From NCBI GenBank assembly GCA_963677495.2, contig CAXXOU010000001.1, forward strand, positions 448,001 to 512,000: DNA of 64,000 bases. The letters run 5' to 3'. The notes below the pieces were generated by a model that worked only from the letters and a program-made list of their open reading frames with translations, did not search any database and was not told the origin of the DNA. The position numbers were made by a program, and so were the translations under genes. Shown here in pieces: positions 47,312 through 58,096 of the stretch. Within the stretch, counting starts at the first letter, position 1; each line of letters begins with the position of its first letter. The DNA is from Candidatus Cloacimonadales bacterium. Lineage in GTDB: Bacteria; Cloacimonadota; Cloacimonadia; Cloacimonadales; JAFGVF01.

Positions 47312-49006
47312 ATGAATAAGAAAATAGATGATAGAAAATATGATAGGGTTGAGAAGAATGAAAATGATGTTGTTTCTGAGGCTGAAGCTTACTATAAGAG
47401 ATCTCAAGACAAGTCATTGTCTAATCCTGAACAAATTGAATTCCTGACTAAGGCAATTGAACTTGATGGAAACAATTTGAAATATATGCTTACAAGAGCT
47501 ATTACTTATAAAGATTCAAGTAACTTTGCTAAGGCATTGGATGACTTTGCGTCTATTTTACACACAGAAGAAGAGTCATGGGTAAGGGAACTTGCTCATG
47601 CCCAGAGAGTAACGATCTTCAAAGATAATCTGAAAGATTATAAAAATGCAGTCGTTGAGCTAACTAATGCTATTGAACTGGAACCTAATAAAGAGCGTGG
47701 TTATACACATAGAGCTGAGTTCTATCGAGATTTTGAAAAGAACTATAATAAGGCATTAACCGATTATGATAGAGCGATAGAACTATCCCCTGATGCTGCT
47801 GATTTATATTATACTAGAGGAAAGCTTTATGAAGAGAATCTCAATGATAAAGTTAATGCATTCAAGGATTATTGTAAAGCTATTGTTATTGATTCAGAAT
47901 GGGCAAGCACATGTATAGATTTTATGTACGAAAACTCAGAACTAATATCAATTATTGATAAAGAACAAGCATATATTTTTTGTAAACAAGTACAGAAAGC
48001 TATTAACTATTATGATGCTGATTTAACTTACAAGTTACTACCATTTCTACAGTTTCAGATAGAGTATCATGAAACAAAAAATGAGTTCAAGGAAGCAATA
48101 GATATTCTAACGTGTATAGAAGATGGCTACCATTTTGGTGAAGATTCAGGCTACTTCATTGATTGGACATGTGAATTGCAAGACAAACTTAGAGAGCAAG
48201 AAGTAGAGAAAGCCAAACTTGAAGAGAAAGATAGGATAATGTTTAATCTTTCTCACACAATTAAGAATATTTTAGGTACAATCATAGATCCCTTAAAGAA
48301 CATGAAGGCAGATAAGGAGTATGAAGAGGTTACTATTGATGATGCCTTACGAGGGACACAGATTATAAGAGGGATTGTGAATGCAATGAGTTTAGGATTC
48401 TCAGGTTCAATTGATGATTTCAAGTATGATGTTAAGAACTCAAATGAAAGTTCTAAATCTCTGTATGACTTGATACTTGACTCATTTAAATACTCTGTTG
48501 GTGCTATGTTCGATGATAAATACTTTGGTAAGTTTTCAGAAAACTACTTTGAAACCGATGAAGCATTATTCAAAGCAGAAGGAGAATGGAATCATACTTC
48601 TAATACAAACAACCTAAATAGATTAGTTGATTTTGTGAATAAGCATATGTTTGATATTGAGATAAATATAGATAGTGCGAAAGAATTAGTTTTAGGCGAT
48701 GATAAGGGGTCTGCTTTGAGGATGCTTATTATGTTTCAGGAAATAATTCTCAATGCAGTAAAATATGCATCACCAGTTAAAAGAGACAATAGAAAAGTGT
48801 TTATCAGTCTTATCCGTACAGATAAAAGTGTTGTCTTTGAGGTAAAGAATAGCTTTAAAGCTAAATCAAGAATGAAAACAACCGGATTAGGAAAAGAAAT
48901 AGTTAAGAACTTTGCTAAACTCTTAGAAACTGAACCTTGCATTAAGATGGATGATTATTATTACTCAGTAAAGATAGAGTTTAACAACTTCTGGAGGAAG
49001 AAATGA
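47312..49006 (+). CDS. Soluble TPR-repeat histidine kinase-like protein
   Basis: TPRs (KAIELD, AIELEP, AIELSP); H-box LSHTIKN; N-box EIILNAVKY; G2-like TTGLG; no TM segment. Confidence 0.78.
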   Translation: MNKKIDDRKYDRVEKNENDVVSEAEAYYKRSQDKSLSNPEQIEFLTKAIELDGNNLKYMLTRAITYKDSSNFAKALDDFASILHTEEESWVRELAHAQRVTIFKDNLKDYKNAVVELTNAIELEPNKERGYTHRAEFYRDFEKNYNKALTDYDRAIELSPDAADLYYTRGKLYEENLNDKVNAFKDYCKAIVIDSEWASTCIDFMYENSELISIIDKEQAYIFCKQVQKAINYYDADLTYKLLPFLQFQIEYHETKNEFKEAIDILTCIEDGYHFGEDSGYFIDWTCELQDKLREQEVEKAKLEEKDRIMFNLSHTIKNILGTIIDPLKNMKADKEYEEVTIDDALRGTQIIRGIVNAMSLGFSGSIDDFKYDVKNSNESSKSLYDLILDSFKYSVGAMFDDKYFGKFSENYFETDEALFKAEGEWNHTSNTNNLNRLVDFVNKHMFDIEINIDSAKELVLGDDKGSALRMLIMFQEIILNAVKYASPVKRDNRKVFISLIRTDKSVVFEVKNSFKAKSRMKTTGLGKEIVKNFAKLLETEPCIKMDDYYYSVKIEFNNFWRKK

Positions 49007-50004
49007 AGATACTCTATGTAGAAGATGAGCTGAAAGCAAATATCCCAAAGATTGAGAACTTGTTTAAGAAATTCCTATCAAAGCAAGATTTACAGCAATT
49101 ACGATACTTAAAAGCTCAAAGAAGAAAAACTAAGGAACAAATTAAGCAGATTGTTCAGAATTCAGGAAAAATAGATGTGGCATATACATTTCCAATGGCC
49201 TTAGGGTTACTTAGAAATTATCAGGTATATGACTTGTTTATAATTGATAGAAACTTATCTGATGAAGAATATGATTTTGAAGAGTTAACAAAAAATGACT
49301 CTAAATTCCAAGAGAAGCATTATGACCTTTTCTTTGAGAGGGAGGGTGATTACATTCTCAGCAAGCTGGTTTCTGAGAGCATAGTGGTAAGAGATAAAGT
49401 ATTCTTTCTAACAGCAAACTCAAATGATGAGCTTAAACGAACTGAGAGAATAGATTCTCTTCTTGATTTTGGACAATTTAGTAAAGCAAATATAATTGAT
49501 AAGACTGATGATGTAGAGATTGATAGATTAAAGCACTTAATTGAGAATAATGAAGAAATACGAATTAAAAAAGAGTTTGCTTTTGAAATAGAGATTTTGC
49601 GCACCATAAGTGAAAGAGCAGTTGAGTTATTCATAGAGATTATAAAGCGTAAAGAGGCAACAGATAGATCAAGTGTTGTAGAAAACCTATTAAAACTCCG
49701 CAAACTTAATGAAAATCTTCTAATAATAGTTGCTAAAAACTATATAAAAGAAAGAGGTGTTTTTAATGACTATGATGAAGTAAACATCGGTTCAGTAATC
49801 TATTGGCTTAAAAATAATGAGAAATTCAGACTAGATAGTAATGCACTAATAGTTAGTTATTTATATTGTATCAAAGCTCTTGGTAGTGAGTATGGCTCAC
49901 ATGAGAAATTAGAAGAGACAGTTCCGACTACATCTAACACTGTAAATGCATTGTTTTATGCACTTCTAGATATAATACGTTGGTTTAGTCAGTTAAAGAA
50001 TTAA
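49003..50004 (+). CDS. Atypical response regulator (REC + helical, possibly HEPN-fold, C-terminal domain)
   Basis: MKILYVEDE; YDLFIIDRNL; FFLTAN; IDK; ATGA-coupled to the kinase. Confidence 0.7.
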   Translation: MKILYVEDELKANIPKIENLFKKFLSKQDLQQLRYLKAQRRKTKEQIKQIVQNSGKIDVAYTFPMALGLLRNYQVYDLFIIDRNLSDEEYDFEELTKNDSKFQEKHYDLFFEREGDYILSKLVSESIVVRDKVFFLTANSNDELKRTERIDSLLDFGQFSKANIIDKTDDVEIDRLKHLIENNEEIRIKKEFAFEIEILRTISERAVELFIEIIKRKEATDRSSVVENLLKLRKLNENLLIIVAKNYIKERGVFNDYDEVNIGSVIYWLKNNEKFRLDSNALIVSYLYCIKALGSEYGSHEKLEETVPTTSNTVNALFYALLDIIRWFSQLKN

Positions 50005-50020
50005 TTTACATTAGCAAATT

Positions 50021-50108
50021 CAGCCCATATAGGGCTGTGGCTTCATGGTTTTGTACTTTCCATGGGCTTACGCCACATGGCTATTCACATTCTGCCCTTT
50101 TCGGGCAG
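50021..50108. repeat. REP/REPIN-like triple-hairpin element
   Basis: CAGCCC-atata-GGGCTG; CCATGGGC-ttac-GCCACATGG; CTGCCC-ttttc-GGGCAG. Confidence 0.75.
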
Positions 50109-50243
50109 TAAGAGCATTAATGCTGATTAAGTCATTTCTTTGAAGGCTTCACAGAGTGTTATTTGCGAATAGTCGCAAACTACTCCTAATATCCTCCCAA
50201 AATCTTTACTTGACTATTAACAATAGGTTTAGAAAGTCGAATA

Positions 50244-51023
50244 ATGAATAAAAGTGCGATACTGGTAGTAGATATAGGAAACTCACATGTTGTGTTAGGA
50301 TGTTATATAGACGGGATTTTGACCGCTAATTGGCGGTTACATTCCGATCGGGAGAAAACATCTGATGAGTACTATTGTCAAATCCAGACCTTTTTTTCAA
50401 CATCAATCAAAGAGGAAGTATATATCGAGAAAGTTGCTATGTCATCGGTCGTACCAGAATTGACCAGAATTTTTACCCATTTAGTACAGCGGTATTTTGA
50501 TTGTCCGCTAATAAACGTAACCGGAGTTTTACCATTAGGATTGAGCTATAGCATAGCAGATCCGTCGTTCATAGGAGCAGATTTGATAGTAAATGCTTAT
50601 TCGGCCTGGAAGAAGTATAAAACCAACTGTATTGTTTGTGATTTGGGAACAGCCACAACAGTTCAGTTCATTGATAAAGATGGTCATTTCCACGGGACAG
50701 CAATATCCCCTGGAATCAGAAGTTCTGCCACAGGTCTATTTACAAAGGCTGCACTTCTCACTAATATCCAATTGGACAAACCGGAAAGTTTATTGGGCAC
50801 AAATACTAAAGAGGCTTTGTTGTCAGGAATAATTCGAGGACATATCTACATGATAGATGGGTTCACGAAAGCAATCAGGCAGCAATTTAAGCATCTGGGT
50901 GAAATCAAATGCATAGCGACAGGCGGTATATCCAGTCTGTTGGTTGGAGAGTCGGAAGAGTTGGACATTGTTGATAAACAATTGACGCTTGATGGCTTGT
51001 ATATGATTAGCCAGGCAATCTAA
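50244..51023 (+). CDS. coaX: Type III pantothenate kinase
   Basis: VDIGNS; SSVVP; IGADL; DLGTATT; ATGG; LTLDGL. Confidence 0.95.
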   Translation: MNKSAILVVDIGNSHVVLGCYIDGILTANWRLHSDREKTSDEYYCQIQTFFSTSIKEEVYIEKVAMSSVVPELTRIFTHLVQRYFDCPLINVTGVLPLGLSYSIADPSFIGADLIVNAYSAWKKYKTNCIVCDLGTATTVQFIDKDGHFHGTAISPGIRSSATGLFTKAALLTNIQLDKPESLLGTNTKEALLSGIIRGHIYMIDGFTKAIRQQFKHLGEIKCIATGGISSLLVGESEELDIVDKQLTLDGLYMISQAI

Positions 51024-51058
51024 TCTGAAAGAGAGTTAGTAAACAAATAAGGCAACAA

Positions 51059-54000
51059 ATGTATAGAAAAAGCATTCTGATAGCAGTCTTAATCCTATTT
51101 TCAGCAACACTTATCGCTGATGTATTCCCTCCGGAAATAAGACTGAACGGTTATCCCAAGATTACAGGAAACAAAGTAACATTCTTCAATATACCCAAAA
51201 CACCGATATATTCATACGAAAAACCATACATAAACAATCTTCTAAAACCTGATACTCAAATCGAAATAGACTTCGATAAAATGAAGGTTGTGTATAAAAC
51301 AACATATCGTAACGTGGAAGTTCTACCTGATCTTTATGTTAGTTTTGACGGTTATTTCGCTGAGATCTTAAAAAATACACTTACTGAAAAGATAACTAAG
51401 AATTCAATTGATTTTATTATGTCAGAAGATCGCCAAGTTGATACAGGTATTATTCCAGAAATCACTATCAAAATACCTAAAGAAGCTATCCCCAAAGGTA
51501 TGCGTTCGTTTCTTGGTGATGAGCAAGGAAAACTGAATCTTGATGGTAGCCAAAAACTTACAGTTACCGGAACTAGCACTAAACGTGAGACAAATATTGT
51601 CTATGAAGGGAAAGATAACAGTAATTTTGACCTTGAGATGAAGCAAGAGCTAGACCTCAGACTGCGTGGTAAGATCGGTAAGAAGATCTCTGTTGACCTT
51701 AAGCATAATTCAAATACCGACGAGACCCTTTTTGACCCTAATAACATACACATTGAGTATGATGGTGATGATGATGAAATTGTGCAGAAGGTTGAAGCCG
51801 GTAATATCTCACTTTCTTTATCAGGATCAAAGTATGTTTCAACAAGTATCTCCTCTCAAGGACTGTTTGGTGTTAAAGGTGAAGTACAGGTAGGTGATCT
51901 GAAAGTACAAGCAATCTTCAGTGAAGAAGAGGGTGAGAAGAATAAGCAGAAATATACGGGTAATACTCAACAGGATTCAACAACAATTTATAGTAAGAAT
52001 TATGCGAATAGGACTCACTACTTTGTAGAGCCAATGCAACGATTGTTCCAGCTCTACACTCAAGCTGATGCTGATGCAGGAACCTGTCCGCCCGGTTGGG
52101 TTAATAATGCAATTAAGACTGATAACGGTGATTGGTTACTGACTGATGGTAATCTGTTACCTCAGCCAAACTCTTTAAAAGTTTTTCTTGATGACGGTAT
52201 TGCTACTAATAATGAAGCAAATACACGAGAGGGTGACCCAATTGTAAGTGAAGATGGTCAGATATATACTCCATTTTATGAAGAGCAAGTTGAAGGTGTC
52301 GATTACTTTGTTGATTATGACGCAGGTATGATTGTTTTCCTAAAATCTATTAACAAAATATACACTATTGGTGTCAGTTATACAGACGGATATGGGCAGT
52401 TAATTCCTGCAGATTTTGATTATACGAATCCTGATGAACCCTTACATTTGAAACTTCTTCGAATTCGTAATCAGATTTATACTGATGACCCTGATAATGA
52501 GTACTCACGTTGGACATATATGGGTATGAATATCTATGACTTAGGATTGAACAACATCAAGAGTGAAGGATTTGAATTAAAAGTTTATACAAAAAATGAA
52601 GATAACACTTGGAATGAAAGATTGCCAGACTCTTTAAGTGTTGCAGGTAAAGTTACTTATGTAGATTACCTAGGTTTGAGTACAAACGGTGATATTTATG
52701 TTGATGCAAATGATAAAACAATTGATTTATCATTAGGCTATATCTACTTTCCACTGATCAAACCATTTGCCCCATTAGGTGATATCAACATATATAAGAA
52801 AGACCAAGAATATGTTCAGTCAGATGACTATAGATTTAATATGTCAGTTAAAGGGAGTATTAGTAGAGAAAGAATTAATCTAAATCAAATCAACATACTT
52901 GAAGGCTCTGTAACCGTTAAGGTGAATGGGTCAACTCTATCTGAAGGAGTTGATTATATAGTTGATTATGACATGGGAGAAATCTCTTTCTTGAACTCAA
53001 AAGCTAAAGATCCTAATGCTGAAATTGATATAGAGTATGAGTTCCGTTCCGGTTTCTCAGTAGAACGTAAGACTATGGCTGGTCTAAGAGCTGATTTAGC
53101 TATAGGTGACGTCGGTAACATTGGGTCAACATTAGTATATAAGAGTGAGAAAGTTACTGATGAGCATCCTGAAATTGGTAACGAAAACTATAACATGGTT
53201 TTAGGTGATATTGATGCAAACATCAAATTCAAGCCGGAATTTATGACTAAAATGATCGATGCTATCCCACTTGTAAAAACTACTGCAGAATCTGAAATTA
53301 GTTTAAGTGGTGAAGCTGCTTTCTCATACATTGATGTATATGGTAACAATGACACGAAGGCTAAAGAAGCCTATATTGATGATATGGAATCAGTCATTGA
53401 ACCTTATCCATTAGGAGTAACAAGACAGGTATGGAATCCTGCCAGTAAGCCTGACAATACCGACCTTGAAAAATCGAAAATAAACTGGTTCAAGCAACAG
53501 AATATTGATATGGGTGATGTTTATGATCCTGACACACTTACTGAGGAAGAGGAAAATGACGAAGTCAATGTGATGGCTATCAAAATGACACCGACTGAGG
53601 AGCCTGTAAGACATTGGGGTGGTTTAATGCGTTACATTGGTAATGAGATAGATTTCTCTGAAATGAAATACATCCAAGTGTTACTTAAAGCTGAATCAGG
53701 TGAAGTTGGATTCCCATTATCCCAAGTAAGAATGCATATTGACATTGGTGATATTAGTGAGAACTTCTATACCTATGGCGAAGTAGATGGAATCCCAATT
53801 TTACACAGAGAAGATGGAGCAAACGGTGGGTCTCTTGACGGTGATTTAGAAGTAATCGAAGACGTAGGTCTTGACGGAATACCAAATGGGCAAGAAGGCG
53901 ATGATCCTAATGATGATTTCGATAGTACTGAAGACCATTTTGAATACCCTTTTATAAACGGAACAGAGGAAAATGGTATTCTCGATACCGAAGATATGAA

Positions 54001-57000
54001 TGATGACGGAATTGTAAATACTCTGGATAGATATTTCGAATATACAGTTGAAGATATAACCGACAACTCAACCTCAGAATACTTAGAGAATGATAATAAT
54101 GGTTGGAAGTTATTCCGTATCCCTATTGATGCTAGAACTATGGTAGCACAAGTAACAGAACCTGACCTTTCCAAGATTAAATATGCAAGAATCTGGTTCG
54201 AAATAAATGAGACTACTAAAGTGAACCTTGTTGAGTTTGAAATAGTTGGGAATAAATATCTCCAACGTCCAATTTATGAAGCATACTTAAATATTGATGA
54301 GCTTGAGCAATATGCTCCAGTAGACCCATTGTTGCTAGAACAAAATGATGAATACATGCAGATTGGCATCGCAGATAACCAGAAAGATAACCATTATACA
54401 TCACCTAAGGACACATATAAAGTAGAAAAAGGTACTCAGACCTTAGAGCAATCGTTGAAACTTACTGCTAACAATATCCAAGGAAACCATATCGGTCTCG
54501 TTAGGCATAAAGAAACTCAATCATCAAATTGGCTTTCATACAACAAGCTTAAGTATTGGGTTTACCCCGAAATGGATGAAGAGATCGCTTATAATGACCC
54601 AATATACATAGTGATGCGTGCCGGAGCAGACTCTCTAAACTACTATGAAATAAGATACGAGACAAAACCCAATCGTTACTTACCAACAATGGAACGCAAT
54701 AATTGGATGGAAGTTGAAGTAGATTTTAGTGAACTCACTAAACTTAAAGCTGATAGCCCTGACAATCCTGATACAACCTTCGTAACTAAAGGGGAGTTTA
54801 CTTATATCCGATATAAGAATCCGACCCTATCTGCGATTCAGGAAATTTCTTTAGGTATAATGGTTCCTGAAGGTAATCCACAGTTTACAGGTACTGTTTA
54901 TTATGATGACATTAGGGTTGCTGATCCCTATACTGAAATGGGATTTGCTTATAGTGTGGACTTGAGAACAAAGTTTGCTGACTTCCTTGACTTTACCATA
55001 GGCTATGAACAAAAATCTGAGAACTTCCGCAAGGAAATTGTACGTAATACACAACCGTCTTATGTTGCACAAACCAACTTCGATATGACCGGTAAAATGT
55101 ATCTACATAAGTTCCTACCTTATGATTGGGGTTATAATATTCCGGTGCAAGTGACAAGAGCCCAAAACTGGGGTATTCCACGCTTCAAGGCTAACTCTGA
55201 TATTTTGAGAAAGGATTTAGCAGATAAATATCTTGATAAAGAGGAGAATAAGAGTAAATCCTATACTGCAGAAATCAACTTCTCTAAGAATGCAAGTAAA
55301 CCTAAATGGTGGACTAAATATACTCTAGACTCAACAACCTTATCAGCAAGAGTCACTTACACTGAATCAAATACACCAACAGCCATTGACACCACTTTCA
55401 CTTACAATGGAACATACACATATAATTTAAGCATTCCACGTGAGAAAATTGGTGTGAAACTGTTTAAGAACTATTATTGGTATGTGATACCTCGTTCATT
55501 TGACAATTCAATAACATTAACAGCTGATGAACCTGAGCGTTATACTTGGGATAACAACGCTGGAGATTTCTTGCCGGCACTTAACTCAAGGGATACGAAG
55601 TATATTAATACATCCAATACTGTTAACTATGACTTATTCTCGGATTTATCTTCTACCTATAGATTAACAACTAAACGTGATTTAATCTATAAGAAGTACT
55701 ATCAGGATATCAATGTTGGAGAAGAAACAGAATATAAACAGACTATCGACGTCTCTTATAATCCAAACTATTTCCCTAATGTTTATACATTTTCAATTTC
55801 ACCTCAGGCAACTTTTAATGAGACCAGAAGACTTGTAAATGGTAACACGACTAATGATGCTGATAAGGAGTATGAATTTGAGAGACTTGGCAGTGTCAAA
55901 CGCAATACAAATGTTAACTTTACACTCAAAAACTCTGATATGTTCAGTTCATTGGCTAGAAAAATAGCACAGAAATCACCAAAGCAAGACAAGAATAATA
56001 AGTCAGATGAGCCCAAAGATGATTTAGAAGAAAAGAAAGGAATAAGCAAGGAATACGAAGGCTCATCATCTCTACCGAGGGATACTGGAAAAGATAATGG
56101 AGACTTCGCTAAGAGCTTCGAAGAGTTTAAAAAAGAACTTCAAGAACAAGTTGATGCAGGCAAAATACCTAAAGACAAAATGGCAGATAAGCTTGCTAAC
56201 TTTGAGAAGGAACAAAATAAGCAAGAAAGTTCAGGAAGAAAGGCTTATGATTACAACAAACCTCGAGATGATTATAAAGGTAATAAGTCAGGACGAGGAA
56301 GCAAAAATAATGAACCTAAAAACATCTTCACATATATCTCTAAGCTAAAGAATATCTCTGTTTCATTAGATAATAATTATCAGACAGATTATAACGACTT
56401 GCAACACAGGCCCAACTTCATGTACCAACTTGGTGTACCTGATATAGTTGAAAAAGATTCTTTGAATTCCATTAAGAATAAGAATATGTTCTCTGTTAAT
56501 ACAGGTATAGAGTTAACAAGAACTATTGATATATCCACCGGTTATTCTTATACATTTGAAACTACAGAAGCGAATAGTAGCTCTCAAAGAGAAGATGTTA
56601 CTTTCCCTGATATTAGTGTAAATATTAGCGAGTTCCAGAAGTGGTTTGGCATAGAACGTGTACTTACCAGTTCTAGACTTTCTAGTAGTTATTCCTATAC
56701 TGTGAAGAAAACCGGTGATTTTGAATGGGATAAACCTAACACTGTGACAAAAGAACTTTCACTTAATCCTCTCATTAACTGGAATGGTAACTGGCTTAAA
56801 AATATTAATACAACTGCCAGCTACGGCTTTACAAACAGTAAAACCACTACAGATCGTGGTTCATTCGAATCATTGAGTGAGCGTAATAGTAATAATTTCA
56901 ATGGTTCTATCTCATATTCATTCACAGCTGCTCGTGGTCTTAAGCTCCCATTCATGAAGAAAAGAATGCGACTTAAGAATGAACTTACATCCACTTTAAA

Positions 57001-57220
57001 CTTCAGCTATATTATCGATAAAGAGGAAAATGAAGGTGATGGAAACACAGTTGTTGTAATGGACAAAACCAAGTTCACATTAACACCTACGGTGACATAT
57101 AACTTTAGTAAGAATATCAAAGGTGGATTTGATTTGCAATATTCAAACGATATGAATCATAAAACAGATGAGGCACTAAGGGTTTTCTCAACAGCTTTAT
57201 GGGTTCAAATTAAGTTTTAA
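51059..57220 (+). CDS. sprA: SprA/Sov-like outer-membrane translocon of a T9SS-like system
   Basis: 2053 aa; signal peptide; IEYDGDDDEIVQKVEAGNISLSL..GLFGVK; L.EGVDY.VDY; AYIDDME; EDVGLDG; beta-strand-rich C-terminus ending in Phe. Confidence 0.85.
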   Translation: MYRKSILIAVLILFSATLIADVFPPEIRLNGYPKITGNKVTFFNIPKTPIYSYEKPYINNLLKPDTQIEIDFDKMKVVYKTTYRNVEVLPDLYVSFDGYFAEILKNTLTEKITKNSIDFIMSEDRQVDTGIIPEITIKIPKEAIPKGMRSFLGDEQGKLNLDGSQKLTVTGTSTKRETNIVYEGKDNSNFDLEMKQELDLRLRGKIGKKISVDLKHNSNTDETLFDPNNIHIEYDGDDDEIVQKVEAGNISLSLSGSKYVSTSISSQGLFGVKGEVQVGDLKVQAIFSEEEGEKNKQKYTGNTQQDSTTIYSKNYANRTHYFVEPMQRLFQLYTQADADAGTCPPGWVNNAIKTDNGDWLLTDGNLLPQPNSLKVFLDDGIATNNEANTREGDPIVSEDGQIYTPFYEEQVEGVDYFVDYDAGMIVFLKSINKIYTIGVSYTDGYGQLIPADFDYTNPDEPLHLKLLRIRNQIYTDDPDNEYSRWTYMGMNIYDLGLNNIKSEGFELKVYTKNEDNTWNERLPDSLSVAGKVTYVDYLGLSTNGDIYVDANDKTIDLSLGYIYFPLIKPFAPLGDINIYKKDQEYVQSDDYRFNMSVKGSISRERINLNQINILEGSVTVKVNGSTLSEGVDYIVDYDMGEISFLNSKAKDPNAEIDIEYEFRSGFSVERKTMAGLRADLAIGDVGNIGSTLVYKSEKVTDEHPEIGNENYNMVLGDIDANIKFKPEFMTKMIDAIPLVKTTAESEISLSGEAAFSYIDVYGNNDTKAKEAYIDDMESVIEPYPLGVTRQVWNPASKPDNTDLEKSKINWFKQQNIDMGDVYDPDTLTEEEENDEVNVMAIKMTPTEEPVRHWGGLMRYIGNEIDFSEMKYIQVLLKAESGEVGFPLSQVRMHIDIGDISENFYTYGEVDGIPILHREDGANGGSLDGDLEVIEDVGLDGIPNGQEGDDPNDDFDSTEDHFEYPFINGTEENGILDTEDMNDDGIVNTLDRYFEYTVEDITDNSTSEYLENDNNGWKLFRIPIDARTMVAQVTEPDLSKIKYARIWFEINETTKVNLVEFEIVGNKYLQRPIYEAYLNIDELEQYAPVDPLLLEQNDEYMQIGIADNQKDNHYTSPKDTYKVEKGTQTLEQSLKLTANNIQGNHIGLVRHKETQSSNWLSYNKLKYWVYPEMDEEIAYNDPIYIVMRAGADSLNYYEIRYETKPNRYLPTMERNNWMEVEVDFSELTKLKADSPDNPDTTFVTKGEFTYIRYKNPTLSAIQEISLGIMVPEGNPQFTGTVYYDDIRVADPYTEMGFAYSVDLRTKFADFLDFTIGYEQKSENFRKEIVRNTQPSYVAQTNFDMTGKMYLHKFLPYDWGYNIPVQVTRAQNWGIPRFKANSDILRKDLADKYLDKEENKSKSYTAEINFSKNASKPKWWTKYTLDSTTLSARVTYTESNTPTAIDTTFTYNGTYTYNLSIPREKIGVKLFKNYYWYVIPRSFDNSITLTADEPERYTWDNNAGDFLPALNSRDTKYINTSNTVNYDLFSDLSSTYRLTTKRDLIYKKYYQDINVGEETEYKQTIDVSYNPNYFPNVYTFSISPQATFNETRRLVNGNTTNDADKEYEFERLGSVKRNTNVNFTLKNSDMFSSLARKIAQKSPKQDKNNKSDEPKDDLEEKKGISKEYEGSSSLPRDTGKDNGDFAKSFEEFKKELQEQVDAGKIPKDKMADKLANFEKEQNKQESSGRKAYDYNKPRDDYKGNKSGRGSKNNEPKNIFTYISKLKNISVSLDNNYQTDYNDLQHRPNFMYQLGVPDIVEKDSLNSIKNKNMFSVNTGIELTRTIDISTGYSYTFETTEANSSSQREDVTFPDISVNISEFQKWFGIERVLTSSRLSSSYSYTVKKTGDFEWDKPNTVTKELSLNPLINWNGNWLKNINTTASYGFTNSKTTTDRGSFESLSERNSNNFNGSISYSFTAARGLKLPFMKKRMRLKNELTSTLNFSYIIDKEENEGDGNTVVVMDKTKFTLTPTVTYNFSKNIKGGFDLQYSNDMNHKTDEALRVFSTALWVQIKF

Positions 57221-57265
57221 TTAAGTACAAATAATGCAGGTGTAATCCTGTGTATAAAGGACATT

Positions 57266-58057
57266 GTGTTTTCATTATCAAGCGTAAACCATAAGTTTAG
57301 TATCATAATTATTGCATTTGTTATACAGATCTCTTTTCTGCAAGCTAACTCAAAATCTTGTCGGGAAATTTCATTAAAATCTAAGTTTCTAAATGAAGAA
57401 AGAAAAGTATTCATACATCTACCAGCATCTTATGATGATTCCAATAAGGAATATATAACATTATATCGATTAGATGGAAGAGAAGACTTTGACTATTCTG
57501 TCCCATTAATTGACTATCTTTCAAGGTGGAAAGAAATCCCTGAGTTGATAATTGTTTCAATTCCACATAAGAATAGATTTTCTGATCTATCATTCAACAA
57601 AGATCCTTATGTTGAACATGAATGTAATGCACCAAAGTTTACTTCTTTTATTATGGAAGAATTAGCTCCATATGTAGATAATAAATTCAGGACTAATGGA
57701 GAAAAAGCAATTTTCGGGCATTCGCTTGGCTCTATGTTTGTCTTGAATAATTATTTTAACAACAACGGCTTTTTCAATTATTATATCGCTGCAGGTCCTA
57801 ACTTCGCACGAGAGACTTTTTTACTACCCCAAATTAAAGAAATCCTTGAATCCTCTAATGATTTTAAAGGTAAGGTATTTATTAGCAAAGAACCTTATGT
57901 TTCCACTAAAGATAGAAGTGAGTATGAAAAGTTTATTGCTCTGCTAGATAATAACTCTAACCTTGTTTATAGTCAAGAGTATATGGGAAATGATAGCCAT
58001 ATATCGATGGCTCCCAAAAGTCTTATTAGTGGATTACGCTGGTTATTTAAGAGGTAG
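57266..58057 (+). CDS. Alpha/beta-hydrolase esterase (IroE/BesA-like)
   Basis: IHLPASY; YRLDG; nucleophile elbow GHSLG; C-terminal DSH. Confidence 0.85.
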   Translation: MFSLSSVNHKFSIIIIAFVIQISFLQANSKSCREISLKSKFLNEERKVFIHLPASYDDSNKEYITLYRLDGREDFDYSVPLIDYLSRWKEIPELIIVSIPHKNRFSDLSFNKDPYVEHECNAPKFTSFIMEELAPYVDNKFRTNGEKAIFGHSLGSMFVLNNYFNNNGFFNYYIAAGPNFARETFLLPQIKEILESSNDFKGKVFISKEPYVSTKDRSEYEKFIALLDNNSNLVYSQEYMGNDSHISMAPKSLISGLRWLFKR

Positions 58058-58096
58058 TGTTTTATATTTCATCAATTCCTAGAGATATCATCAACA

